A stretch of DNA of 64,000 nt, taken from positions 508,905 to 572,904 of the forward strand of contig CAWBOB010000007.1 in NCBI GenBank assembly GCA_963790335.1. Direction: 5' to 3'. Position 1 is the stretch's first letter; the number at the start of each line of letters is the position of its first letter. This DNA comes from an uncultured Actinomycetes bacterium (GTDB lineage Bacteria; Actinomycetota; UBA4738; HRBIN12). The position numbers were made by a program, and so were the translations under genes. A model generated the notes under the pieces. The model was not told the DNA's origin. It saw only the letters and a list, made by a program, of their open reading frames with translations, and did no database searches. Positions 29,615 to 41,014 of this stretch are shown here, piece by piece.

Positions 29615-30265
29615 CTACCCGACCACCTTGATGTTGAAGACGCCGCTCCCCCGCGCGGCCATCAGTCGCAACCAGAGCGGCAGGAACATCTCTGCGCCGC
29701 GCGCGGTCGACAGGTCTCCGAGGTCGATGATGTCGTCGGTCGGCCAACCGATCTCGCCGAGCAACGCAGACACGGCTGCCTTCGCGTCGGTGTCGTCACC
29801 GCTCATGAACACGTTGTGCGCGCCTTGCAGCTGCGACGGACGAACCATCACGTCGGCGTTCATCGTATTCAACGACTTCACGACCCGCATCTGAGGGAAG
29901 GCTCGCTGGATCGTCTCCGCGAGGCTGTCGGAGTCCTTGATCGAGAGCGTGGGCGGGAACCCCTTCGAGAGGTCGAGCGGGTTGGCGATGTCGATCAGCA
30001 CCTTGCCGTCGAGATCGCGGCCATCCGCCGAGCCGATCGCCTCGACCGACGCGGCTCCGCTCGTCGCGTTCACCAACAGCTCACCGAAGGCGGCCACGTC
30101 GGCGAACGTTCCGTGGGAGGCCGCTTCGCCCGCTTGGTTCGCCCACGAGGTCGCAGCGTCATTGTCGGCCGTGCGCGAGCCCAGGCGCACCTGGTGACCG
30201 AGCTCGATGAACCTGCTGCCGAGCGTGCGGCCCACCCCGCCGGTGCCGAAGATGCCGATCCTCAT
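29615..30265 (-). CDS. NADPH-dependent F420 reductase-like (NADP oxidoreductase, coenzyme F420-dependent family)
   Basis: MRIGIFGTGGVGRTLG Rossmann N-terminus. GGGGAGG RBS. The long N-terminal ORF extension is spurious. Confidence 0.6.
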   Translation of the reverse strand: MRIGIFGTGGVGRTLGSRFIELGHQVRLGSRTADNDAATSWANQAGEAASHGTFADVAAFGELLVNATSGAASVEAIGSADGRDLDGKVLIDIANPLDLSKGFPPTLSIKDSDSLAETIQRAFPQMRVVKSLNTMNADVMVRPSQLQGAHNVFMSGDDTDAKAAVSALLGEIGWPTDDIIDLGDLSTARGAEMFLPLWLRLMAARGSGVFNIKVVG

Positions 30266-30314
30266 GTCGCCTCCCCTGCTCTGGTTCTGACCCGACGTGG
30301 AACGCGAAGCGGCC

Positions 30315-31553
30315 TCACATGCTTCCCGAGCTCGGTCGATCGTGAGCGCGCGAGACCAGCAGGAAGGTTTCCATCTCCTGCTTCCCCTTGATGGCCACGA
30401 TGCCCCGCGGCTCACACACGAAGGCATCTCGGACGAGCTCGCACGTCGCGGCGGTGATCTGGATCGCACCCGGAACGCCGCTCGACTCCATGCGGCTCGC
30501 GGTGTTCACGGTGTCGCCCCACAGGTCGTAGGAGAACGTGCGGGTGCCGATCACGCCGGCGGTCACCGGTCCGGAGTTGATGCCGATCCGGAACGCGAGG
30601 CGGCTGCCGTCGACGGGGTTCGCGGCCTCGTGGTCCCTGATGCGCAGCGCGAGCTCGGCGATCGCATGGGCGTGATCCGGTCGCGGACGCGGCACGCCCC
30701 CCGCGGCCATGTACGCGTCACCCACCGTCTTGATCTTCACGAGGCCGAGCGCCTGGACGAACGCGTCGAAGCACGAGAACACGTCGTCGAGCAGCTCGAC
30801 CAGCTGGGCCGGTGAGAGCTGCGCGGACATCGGCGTGAAGTCGACCACGTCGGCGAACAGCACCGACGCTTCGGCGAGATCGTCGGCGATCGTACCGGTG
30901 CCCGCCTTGAGCCGAGGCACGATCTCGTCGGGCAGGATCGCGTGCAGCAGATCGTCGGAGCGCCGTTGGTACAGATCGCGCTGGCGCACGAAGTAGGCCA
31001 TCACGGCGAGCACGAGGATCGCGGTCGCCACGAGGTTGAACGCCGCATCGGTGGCCGGATCTGACAGCTCGTAGATCGGGTCGACCCAGTCGGGGATCAC
31101 GACCGCGTAGATCACCGACACGGCGAAAGCGACGGTCCACACGATCGCCCCTCGCAGGCCGATCGCGATCAGCGCGGCGAGCCCGATGGCCAACCCGAAG
31201 ATGGTGACGAGGCCCGAGGGGAACAGCCCGCCGAACATCGCCGTCTCGACGGCCTGGGTGATGAAGATCAACGCGAACATGGCGTTGACGAGGGCCGCGA
31301 ACCGAAGAGGCCAGACCTTCATGAGGAGAAGGAACGGCAACGTCAGCGCCACCGAGATCAGGTTCATCACGCTGACGACCGTGTAGCCGGCGGCGAAGTC
31401 CATCACGGACTGCGGAATCGTGAACAGCGTCGCGATGACGAACGCGATGAGGAACACCCGCCGCCCGCTCCGTCTCGTCTCGGGCTCGCCGGCATACTCG
31501 CCGATCGAGAGCACGGGCTCGAGGATGCGATGCCACCGTGCTCGATCAGCCAT
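30315..31553 (-). CDS. Membrane-anchored class III adenylate/guanylate cyclase
   Basis: Six predicted N-terminal TM helices, then a CHD domain (VLFADVVDFTPMS, KIKTVGDAYMAAGG, GINSGPVTAGVIG, YDLWGDTVNTASRMES). Start chosen at ATG 31553. Confidence 0.7.
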   Translation of the reverse strand: MADRARWHRILEPVLSIGEYAGEPETRRSGRRVFLIAFVIATLFTIPQSVMDFAAGYTVVSVMNLISVALTLPFLLLMKVWPLRFAALVNAMFALIFITQAVETAMFGGLFPSGLVTIFGLAIGLAALIAIGLRGAIVWTVAFAVSVIYAVVIPDWVDPIYELSDPATDAAFNLVATAILVLAVMAYFVRQRDLYQRRSDDLLHAILPDEIVPRLKAGTGTIADDLAEASVLFADVVDFTPMSAQLSPAQLVELLDDVFSCFDAFVQALGLVKIKTVGDAYMAAGGVPRPRPDHAHAIAELALRIRDHEAANPVDGSRLAFRIGINSGPVTAGVIGTRTFSYDLWGDTVNTASRMESSGVPGAIQITAATCELVRDAFVCEPRGIVAIKGKQEMETFLLVSRAHDRPSSGSM

Positions 31554-31643
31554 CGTGCGCCGGACCCTACCCGGGATCGAGCTTCGCGAGGAGGCCCCAA
31601 TCGCGAGGGCTACGATGTGTCCCATCAGGGATCTCGGGACGGC

Positions 31644-34424
31644 ATGAGCACGACAGCAAGCGGAACCGTCGGGCGAAAGCGTGAGCTGTCCGCGATCGCG
31701 CGCTACGTGGAACAGCTCCCCGAGAATCCCCGGGATCTCCTCTTCGAGGGAGAGGCGGGGATCGGGAAGACGACCATCTGGCGCGCCGGGACGGAAGCGG
31801 CGATCGGCGCCGGCTACCGCGTGCTGGCGTCGAGGCCGGGAGAGCATGACAAGGCGCTGACGTACTCGGCGATCGGCGACCTGATCGGGGACGTGTTCGA
31901 GGAAGCGCTCGCCGACGCCCCTGATCCGCAGCGTCGCGCCCTGGAGGTTGCGCTGCTGCGGAGACCATCCACCGAGCGCGGACCGGACCGGCGCGTGATC
32001 GCGCTCGGCGTGCGGGAGGCGATCCGAACCCTGTGCGCGGCGCGTCCCGTCGTGCTCGCCGTTGACGATGCCCAATGGCTCGATCCGTCGTCGGCGCGGG
32101 TGCTCGCCTTCGCTCTCCGCCGCCTGTCCGGGCATCCCGTTGCCGTGCTCGCCACGATCCGCCCAGACGTCGGCGCAGATCTCATGGAGCTGATATCGAC
32201 GCTCAGAGATCGCAACCTCGTCCGGATCGAGGTCGGCCCACTGGACGTCGAGCACGTCGGTTCGATGCTACGGGAGCGGTTCGGTCGAACGATGACACCT
32301 CCCCTCGTGAGACGGCTCCACGAGAGCGCGCGTGGGAACCCGTTCTTCTCCCTCGAGATCGCCCGAGCGATGCACCACGCCGAGCCTTCCGCAGGTCGGC
32401 CACTGCCGATCCCCGACGATGCCCGCGAGGTCCTCCGAACGAGGATCGAAGGTCTGTCGACGAGCGCACGAGATGTCGCGCTCGTCGTGTCCGCGATGGC
32501 GCGCCCGACGGTCGGTGCCATCCGTTCGGCCGCGGTAGATCCGTCGCACGCCGACGCGGCCATCGCGGAAGCGGAGGAAGCCGGTCTGATGAGGGTCGAC
32601 GGAGCCGACGTGTCCTTCGTGCACCCGCTGGTCGGGTCGGCGGTGTACTGGTTGGCCCCGCGACGCACGAGGGAGTCGGCTCATGCTCGGTTGGCCCAGG
32701 TCGCCGTCGACATCGAGGAACGCGCACGGCACGTCGCGTTGAGCGGGACCGGTCCCGATCCCGACGCGGCCTCCCTCGTCGAGGGCGCGGCAGACGTGGC
32801 GCGCGGGCGAGGGGCGCCACACGCCGCCGCGGACCTCCTGGAGCTCTCCGCAGAACTCACCCCACCTGGCGACGTGGAAGGGCTCTGTGGTCGTCGTCGA
32901 CTCGCGGCGCTCAACCGGTTCGACGCCGGAGATGTCGAGGGAGCTCGGTCGAGGTTGCAGGCGCTCATCGACACCACGCCCTCGAGAGCGCAACGAGCCC
33001 TCACGATGGTGGAGCTCGCGGTGAGGGCCTACAACGACGTGGATCGGGTGCACGATCTCCTGCATTCCGCACTGCCGGACGTGGGCGAGACGTTCCACAC
33101 CCTCGTCTTCGCGAACCTCGCGTGGGTCGCCATCTTCCGATTCGATCCTGCCGCAGCGGTCGAACACGCACGTGACGCGGTCGACGTCGCGGGCGGAGCA
33201 TCCGAGCAGACGTCACTCCGAGTGGCGCTCGGAGCGCTCGGCCACGCCGTGGCATTGCTCGGTCGAGACGCTGAGCCAACGATGCGGCGTGCCACCGCGA
33301 TCACCGAGGACGTGTCCCCCGGCGAGGCCGCACATCCCGCGAGCATCCGCGGGCAACAGCTGCTCTGGCATGGACGGGTCGATGAGGCTCGACGACTCGT
33401 CAAGGAGGCGGACTCCGCGTACACCGAGGCGGGGCTCGAACTCATGCGCTACGACTCACTGCCGATCCTCAGCGAGATCGAGGCCACTGCCGGAGACTGG
33501 CACGATGCCGCGATCCATGCCGATGAGGGGTACGACATCATCGTCGATGCGGGTCTACACGAGATCCGCGACCAGGTGCTCTACCCGAGAGCGCGCGTTG
33601 CTGCCCTCGTGGGCAGGGTCGACGACGCCAGACGGGACGCGAACGAGGGACTCTCCCTGGCCACCACGCACGGGAACAGATGGGCAGAGGTCCAGCACCG
33701 GAGCGTACTGGGGTTCGTCGCCATGTCGACCGGCGACCCCGCCGAGGCCGAGCGTATGCTTGCTCCCGCGGAACGTCTCATGTCCGCGAGCGGTATCGCC
33801 GAGCCCGGCGCGTTCCCGTTCATCCCCGATCTCGCAGAAGCTCTCGTGGAGCTCGGTCGGCTCGATCGAGCGAAACAGGTGGTGGATCGACTCCACGAGC
33901 AGGGACTGGCCCTCGATCGCGCCCTCGCCCTCGCGACATCGGCGAGATGCCGTGCGTTGATCGCGGCGGGGTTGGGTGATCAGCCCAGCGCGTTGCTCGA
34001 GCTCGAGCGGGCTTTCGCCGAACATGAGCGCGTTGCGATCCCGTTCGAATCGGCACGCACTCGACTGATCAACGGACAGATCCTCCGGCGGATGAAGAGG
34101 AAGCGGGAAGCCAGGGAGTCACTCGAGGATGCGCGGTCCCAGTTCCGGGGGCTCGGGGCACGACTGTGGGAAACCCGGGCCGATGCAGCGCTGGCGCGGA
34201 TCGGAGGCCGTTCAGCCTCACCGACCGAGCTGTCCGAGACCGAACGTCGGATCGCAGACGTCGTGTCGCTCGGCCTCACCAACAAGGAAGCTGCCGACCG
34301 TCTCTTCATGAGCGTGAAGACGGTGGAGTCGAACCTGCGCCGCGTCTATCGGAAGCTCGGTGTGAGATCACGCACGGAGCTCGCCCGGCGGCACCGCCCC
34401 TCGCACCCCGACGATCAAACGTAG
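31644..34424 (+). CDS. Large ATP-binding LuxR-family transcriptional regulator (LAL / MalT-like)
   Basis: N-terminal P-loop GEAGIGKTT and a long TPR-like middle. C-terminal LuxR HTH (LSETERRIADVVSLGLTNKEAADRLFMSVKTVESNLRRVYRKLGV). Confidence 0.8.
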   Translation: MSTTASGTVGRKRELSAIARYVEQLPENPRDLLFEGEAGIGKTTIWRAGTEAAIGAGYRVLASRPGEHDKALTYSAIGDLIGDVFEEALADAPDPQRRALEVALLRRPSTERGPDRRVIALGVREAIRTLCAARPVVLAVDDAQWLDPSSARVLAFALRRLSGHPVAVLATIRPDVGADLMELISTLRDRNLVRIEVGPLDVEHVGSMLRERFGRTMTPPLVRRLHESARGNPFFSLEIARAMHHAEPSAGRPLPIPDDAREVLRTRIEGLSTSARDVALVVSAMARPTVGAIRSAAVDPSHADAAIAEAEEAGLMRVDGADVSFVHPLVGSAVYWLAPRRTRESAHARLAQVAVDIEERARHVALSGTGPDPDAASLVEGAADVARGRGAPHAAADLLELSAELTPPGDVEGLCGRRRLAALNRFDAGDVEGARSRLQALIDTTPSRAQRALTMVELAVRAYNDVDRVHDLLHSALPDVGETFHTLVFANLAWVAIFRFDPAAAVEHARDAVDVAGGASEQTSLRVALGALGHAVALLGRDAEPTMRRATAITEDVSPGEAAHPASIRGQQLLWHGRVDEARRLVKEADSAYTEAGLELMRYDSLPILSEIEATAGDWHDAAIHADEGYDIIVDAGLHEIRDQVLYPRARVAALVGRVDDARRDANEGLSLATTHGNRWAEVQHRSVLGFVAMSTGDPAEAERMLAPAERLMSASGIAEPGAFPFIPDLAEALVELGRLDRAKQVVDRLHEQGLALDRALALATSARCRALIAAGLGDQPSALLELERAFAEHERVAIPFESARTRLINGQILRRMKRKREARESLEDARSQFRGLGARLWETRADAALARIGGRSASPTELSETERRIADVVSLGLTNKEAADRLFMSVKTVESNLRRVYRKLGVRSRTELARRHRPSHPDDQT

Positions 34425-34490
34425 GGATTCCATCGTTTCCTCTACCCCCGCCTCGACCCTAGCCTCGAGCGGTCATGAGGAGGTGACAGC

Positions 34491-35268
34491 GATGAGCATG
34501 CATGGATCGATCATTCATGGGAAAGGCGCGGCCGTGCTCGCCGTGTTCCTCATGGCATCCTGCACGAGCGGGAGTTCTGACCCTGCTCCCACAGGCACCG
34601 GCCCCACGGATCCGACGGCATCGGACGTTCGCGTTCTCAACGACTGCCCTGCATTGCCGTGCCAGGGACTGCTCGAGCCGGGGGATTACCGCTGGGAGTA
34701 CCGCTCGACGCCCAACGAACCGGCGATCGCGTTCACGGTCACATCGCCGGGATGGACCTGGTACTACTCCGGCGGCTTCCGGATCGTCGCCGATCACTCC
34801 CCCACCATCGAGGGCCTGTACATCGCCGACGGGATCTACTTCTTGCATGATCCGGCGATCGCTTCACAGGACTGCGAGGAATCCGTTCTCCCCGGCGTCG
34901 GTCGGTCCGTGGACGAGCTCGTTGGGTGGCTCGAGGCCGCTCCTGGACTCGCGGTGACCGAACCGTCGCCCGTGAAGGTCGGCGGACTCGACGGCATGCG
35001 GCTCGACATCCGGATCGATCCGGCATGGAAACGAACATGTTCCTTCAGCGAGAAGATGCCTGTGGTGCAGCTGATCTTCAGCGGAGCGAAGCTCGGCGGG
35101 TATCTCTGGGCGATCGTGCCCGGCCAGTCGATGCGCTGGTACATCCTCGGCTCGGATGACGGCACCCTCATCGTGGCTCTCGAGGACGATCCAGGCGGCC
35201 TGCCGCACGGCGAGCTCCTTCGGACCGGAAGCGAGATCGTGGAGTCGCTGGAGTTCTCGCCGGCTTGA
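34491..35268 (+). CDS. Lipoprotein, hypothetical
   Basis: Lipobox LMASC after a signal peptide. GAGGAGG lies 8 nt before ATG 34491. Confidence 0.5.
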
Positions 35269-35302
35269 CGGCCGGTCGATGCATCGGGGGACGGTCGAGC
35301 GG

Positions 35303-36132
35303 ATGAGATCGCAGGGGGCGACGGTGCGTGCCTGGCGGATCTCGTTCGTTGGAGCGACGATCACCGCGCTGGCGGCGTGCTCATCGCCTCCGGTCGACAG
35401 CCCAAACCCCTCGTCGACTCCGTTGCCGACGGTCGTCTCCGGATCATTCGGCGTCGGTGATGGACACACGCTCCATCTGGAATGCAGCGGGGAGGGCTCG
35501 CCAACGGTGATCCTGGAAGCCGGCGACGAGACCGGCGTCGAACAGTGGTCACAGGTCATGCCCGAGGTAGCCGAGATCACGCGCACGTGCGCGTACGACC
35601 GAGCCGGCGTTCACCTGAGCGATCCTGCGACCGGCTGCCGAGGACTGCGCGATCTCACCGGCGACCTCGAACGGTTGCTGGCCGCAGCGGATGTTCCCGG
35701 TTCCTATGTCTTGGTGGCGTCTTCCGGTGGTGGCTACATCGCCTCCGGATTCGCCGCGGACCGTCGCGACGAGATCGCGGGCATGGTGTTCCTCGACGTC
35801 GGTGGGCCGTTCCCGAACCCACCGGCGGATCTCGTCGACGTCCTGAGGTGCGATGCCCCGACCAACATCGAGCGGCGTGACTACCTTCGAGTCGAGCACC
35901 AGGGATGGGATGCGCGCACCGAGATCGGTGACATCCCCGTCACCGTGATCTCGGTCGACTACGGCCCCGATGCCTCACTCGAGGTGGAGAGGACAACGTC
36001 GATGTCCAACAGGGGTGGCTGGTCCTCAGCCCGCAAGCGAAACAAGTCGTCGTGCACATCGGTCACGACATCGCGAACGAGGATCCACAGCTCGTGATCG
36101 ACGAGATCGCGAGCGTGCTCGGCGCGAGCTGA
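35303..36132 (+). CDS. Alpha/beta hydrolase lipoprotein; apparent frameshift near 35985
   Basis: Signal peptide with lipobox LAACS. HLECSGEGSPTVILEAGDETG and nucleophile region YVLVASSGGGYIASGF. The C-terminus continues in another frame (...QGWLVLSPQAKQVVVHIGHDIANEDPQLVIDEIASVLGAS*). Confidence 0.5.
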
Positions 36133-36166
36133 TGGGACACGCCGAACGTGTTCGCGCGAGCGCGAG

Positions 36167-38002
<1,836 letters not shown>

Positions 38003-38043
38003 GACCGGAGCCTACCCGCGCGCCTTCAACCTCACGCCGGCAG

Positions 38044-39273
38044 TCACGACCAGAGCGTCGCGATCGGGGCGGCGACGATCCCCTCCGAGAGCGAGTACGT
38101 GCTCGGTCCGGTATGGAGCACGACTCCGGCGAGGAAGCGCTTCCCCATCTGCTCCCTCAGCCACACGAGGTGCCGTGCGGCATCGACCCGAGGCGACGCG
38201 CTCGCCTTGACCTCGATCCCGACGATCCCCCCGCCCGCAAGCTCACCGATCACGTCGATCTCGTGTCGACCCTGCTCGGTTCGCAGATGGAACAGGCGGG
38301 GCCGCGAGGGAGAGCCTTCCACCTCTACGCGAAGGTGCATGACGACGAATGCGTCGAGGAGCCGCCCCATGAGATCTCCGTCACGCAGCACGCCGGCAAC
38401 GTCCACACGAAGCACGCCGGCGAACAGTCCCGGGTCGGCGAGGTACCGCTTCGAGCCCTTGACGATGCGCTTCAGGCGGTTCGTCGACCATGGCGGGAGG
38501 CTGTGCACCACGTGGAGCTTGCTGAGGAGCCGCTCGTACGCCTGTGCCGTCTTCCTGTTGAGGCCGGTTGCTTCCAACAGCGTCGCCTCTTCGACGACAC
38601 CGCTCGACGTCACCGCGTACGCCTCCAGGTATCGCCGGAGCCGGTCCGGGTCCCGACCGGCCTCGACCAGATCCGCATCCCTGGTCACCATCTGATCGAT
38701 GTATCCCTCCATCCATGCTCGCGTCGAATCGTCGGACATGGAGAGGGCAGGTTCGGGGAAGCCGCTCCGCAACGCCAGTTCCACGTAGCCACGAAGATCG
38801 GGTGCGTCGGACGGCGATGCGATCTCCGCGCGCACCGCGAGCCTGTCCAGCAAGCCCGGCGCATCGGGATGGCCCTGTCGCTCGGCGACGGTCATACCGA
38901 GCATCGGCAGGCGAACGAGCCGTCCGGTCGCCGGCCACTGCGCCGTGGTCAGATCAGTGTGTGCCGAGCCCGTGAGGATGAACCTTCCCGGGCGAGGATC
39001 GTCGTCGATGGCGCGCTTGACAGCCCCCAGGCAGCTCGGAACGACCTGCCACTCGTCGAGCATCACCGGTTCGGGAAGATCTCGGAGCGCGGCATCCGGA
39101 TCGGCCTCGACGGCAGCGGCCTCCGCAGGGCGATCGAGACGAACGAGGGTGCCCGCGTACTTGGCTGCCGTCGTCGTCTTCCCCACCGCCCGCGGACCGA
39201 CGATCATGACTCCGGGCAGCTCGCCTAGCAGGCGCCGAAGGCTCGTCTCGATCACACGCTCGCGATACCGCAC
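38044..39273 (-). CDS. AAA+ ATPase with DUF4143 (ATP-binding protein)
   Basis: P-loop VGPRAVGKTT, Walker B LDEWQ and a DUF4143-like C-terminus. Confidence 0.65.
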   Translation of the reverse strand: MRYRERVIETSLRRLLGELPGVMIVGPRAVGKTTTAAKYAGTLVRLDRPAEAAAVEADPDAALRDLPEPVMLDEWQVVPSCLGAVKRAIDDDPRPGRFILTGSAHTDLTTAQWPATGRLVRLPMLGMTVAERQGHPDAPGLLDRLAVRAEIASPSDAPDLRGYVELALRSGFPEPALSMSDDSTRAWMEGYIDQMVTRDADLVEAGRDPDRLRRYLEAYAVTSSGVVEEATLLEATGLNRKTAQAYERLLSKLHVVHSLPPWSTNRLKRIVKGSKRYLADPGLFAGVLRVDVAGVLRDGDLMGRLLDAFVVMHLRVEVEGSPSRPRLFHLRTEQGRHEIDVIGELAGGGIVGIEVKASASPRVDAARHLVWLREQMGKRFLAGVVLHTGPSTYSLSEGIVAAPIATLWS

Positions 39274-39283
39274 ACCTAACGGT

Positions 39284-39349
39284 ACTACTCTCCCGCAGGT
39301 TGTGATACCTATTTCCCGCAGTGGGTATTACCACTTTCCCGCATCAGGG
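39284..39349. promoter_or_regulatory. Three direct repeats TACnnnTTTCCCGCA in a low-GC divergent intergenic region; candidate operator array
   Basis: tactactcTCCCGCAgg, tacctatTTCCCGCAgtgg and taccacTTTCCCGCAtcagg, spaced about 22 bp apart, between the DUF4143 ATPase (-) and osmC (+). Confidence 0.4.
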
Positions 39350-39491
39350 ATCTCGGGATGCGTTGCGGATGTCGCCTCGCGTGGGCGCGACGGGGGGGGT
39401 GTGGCCCGTGAGTGTCCGACTCTGTGAGAGTACGGCGACCGCCATAGACTGCCCCGAAAGGTCGAAGCCGAACCGGGAGGAAGGTCACCAC

Positions 39492-39995
39492 ATGGACGAT
39501 ATCCGAGGGGCGATCGAGGGTGCGGTGCAGTACCTGACGGAGCATCCTGAAGAAGCCCGGTACACCGACTCCCCCGCCACCGCCGTGCTGGGCGATGGTC
39601 TGCGGGTCGAGGTGCACGGACCGGGCGCCGAGCGGCTCGTGACCGACATGCCGTCGGGCATCGGAGGCCGCGATGAGGAACCGTCACCTGGTTGGTACTT
39701 CAGAGCGGCGACCGCCTCGTGCGTCGCGACGACGGTCGCGATGCAGGCGGCGCGCGAAGGTATCTCACTCACCAGCCTCGAGGTCGTGGTCGATAGCGAG
39801 TCGGACGACCGGGGCATCCTGGGCATGGACGAGGCGGTGCCAGCAGGGCCCCTCAGCACGCGGATCCGGGTCAGCGCACGAACCGAGAGGCGTGAAGATC
39901 ACGTGCGGGACGTGGTCGAACGAGGAGCCGCCCGGTGTCCCGTCTGCGATGCGACAAAGCGCGCCGTCGAGGTCTCGCTGGAGATCGAGGTCTGA
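39492..39995 (+). CDS. OsmC/Ohr family peroxiredoxin-like protein
   Basis: OsmC-type fold with the conserved Cys pair (ATASCVATT ... GAARCPVCD). GGGAGGAAGG RBS. Confidence 0.65.
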   Translation: MDDIRGAIEGAVQYLTEHPEEARYTDSPATAVLGDGLRVEVHGPGAERLVTDMPSGIGGRDEEPSPGWYFRAATASCVATTVAMQAAREGISLTSLEVVVDSESDDRGILGMDEAVPAGPLSTRIRVSARTERREDHVRDVVERGAARCPVCDATKRAVEVSLEIEV

Positions 39996-40340
39996 CTAGC
40001 CCGCGCCCGACTTGAACCTCGCCCACTCGTCCTGGTAGAGCTGGTCATCGGCGGGCGCGAGCAGCAGCACGGGCTGGAATCCCATCCTCGGTTGGTCGCC
40101 GGTGTGGCTGGGCTCTTCCTCGCTGCCGGTTGTTCGGGGCATGGCTTCAAGCGTCCACCGGCGGTGGGCGAGCTCGCAGCTGACCTCATCACGGGGAGTG
40201 ATCCGGCCATCGACACAAAGAGCTGGCGCCGAACCGACTCGAACGTGGCGAGCCTCCTCGTCTGGCGTACGGACCGGGTGCCAGAGCTTGAACCGCGGTC
40301 GGTTCTCGAGGTCCCGGCCCAGCGTCATGCGACTCCTCAT
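39996..40340. pseudogene. Gene remnants: duplicated 3' end of the potD-like SBP gene (minus strand, 39996-40075) and C-terminal fragment of an FAD-dependent D-amino-acid oxidase/dehydrogenase (plus strand, about 40092-40230)
   Basis: Minus frame ends ...PVLLLAPADDQLYQDEWARFKSGAG, versus SBP ...PVLPLAPADDQLYQDEWARFKAGVS. Plus frame reads GLFLAAGCSGHGFKRPPAVGELAADLITGSDPAIDTKSW, like a DadA/ThiO C-terminus. No upstream body for either. Confidence 0.5.
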
Positions 40341-40942
40341 CAGAAGTCACCTGCAAGGATCGGATAGATCGACACCACGAGCAGAGCAGCCATCGCGACG
40401 TTGAAGACTCGCAGTCGCCAGGGACTCGCCAGGAATCGTCGCATCGCCATTCCGAAGGCGGCCCACACACTGACGCTCGGGATCACGACGAGTCCGAACA
40501 CGACGGCCACCACGAGCACGTTTCGCATGTAGCCATCGCGAGGCGCATAGGCCGTGACCGCGCCGAATACCATCACCCACGCTTTCGGGTTCACCCACTG
40601 GAACGCGGCGGCCCCGACGAAACCGAGCGGGCGCTGGCTCGAGCCGTCAGTGACAGGACCACCCGAGCGAGCGATGCGCCAGGCCAGGTAGAGGAGGAAG
40701 GCCGCACCGACATACCGCAATACATCGGCCAACGCGGGGAGGGCGCGGAACAGCCCGCCGAGGCCGAGGCCTACCGCGGACACCATGACCACCATGCCGA
40801 GGGCGATGCCCAGGATGTGCGGGATGGTACGCACGAACCCGAAGTTGACGCCAGAGGCAAGAACCATGACGTTGTTCGGCCCCGGGGTGATCGCGGAGAC
40901 GAACGCGAAGGTCGTGAATGCGAGCAGGAGCTCAGTCGTCAT
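40340..40942 (-). CDS. LysE/RhtB family amino-acid exporter
   Basis: 200 aa with 6 TM helices and the LysE N-terminal motif (SAITPGPNNVMVLASG). Confidence 0.7.
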   Translation of the reverse strand: MTTELLLAFTTFAFVSAITPGPNNVMVLASGVNFGFVRTIPHILGIALGMVVMVSAVGLGLGGLFRALPALADVLRYVGAAFLLYLAWRIARSGGPVTDGSSQRPLGFVGAAAFQWVNPKAWVMVFGAVTAYAPRDGYMRNVLVVAVVFGLVVIPSVSVWAAFGMAMRRFLASPWRLRVFNVAMAALLVVSIYPILAGDF

Positions 40943-41014
40943 CGGCAGTCGACTCGAACGAGCGGAAGATGCGTAGCGAACCCCGAGCCAAAGCTCGGGT
41001 GGTCCCACCCTCCG

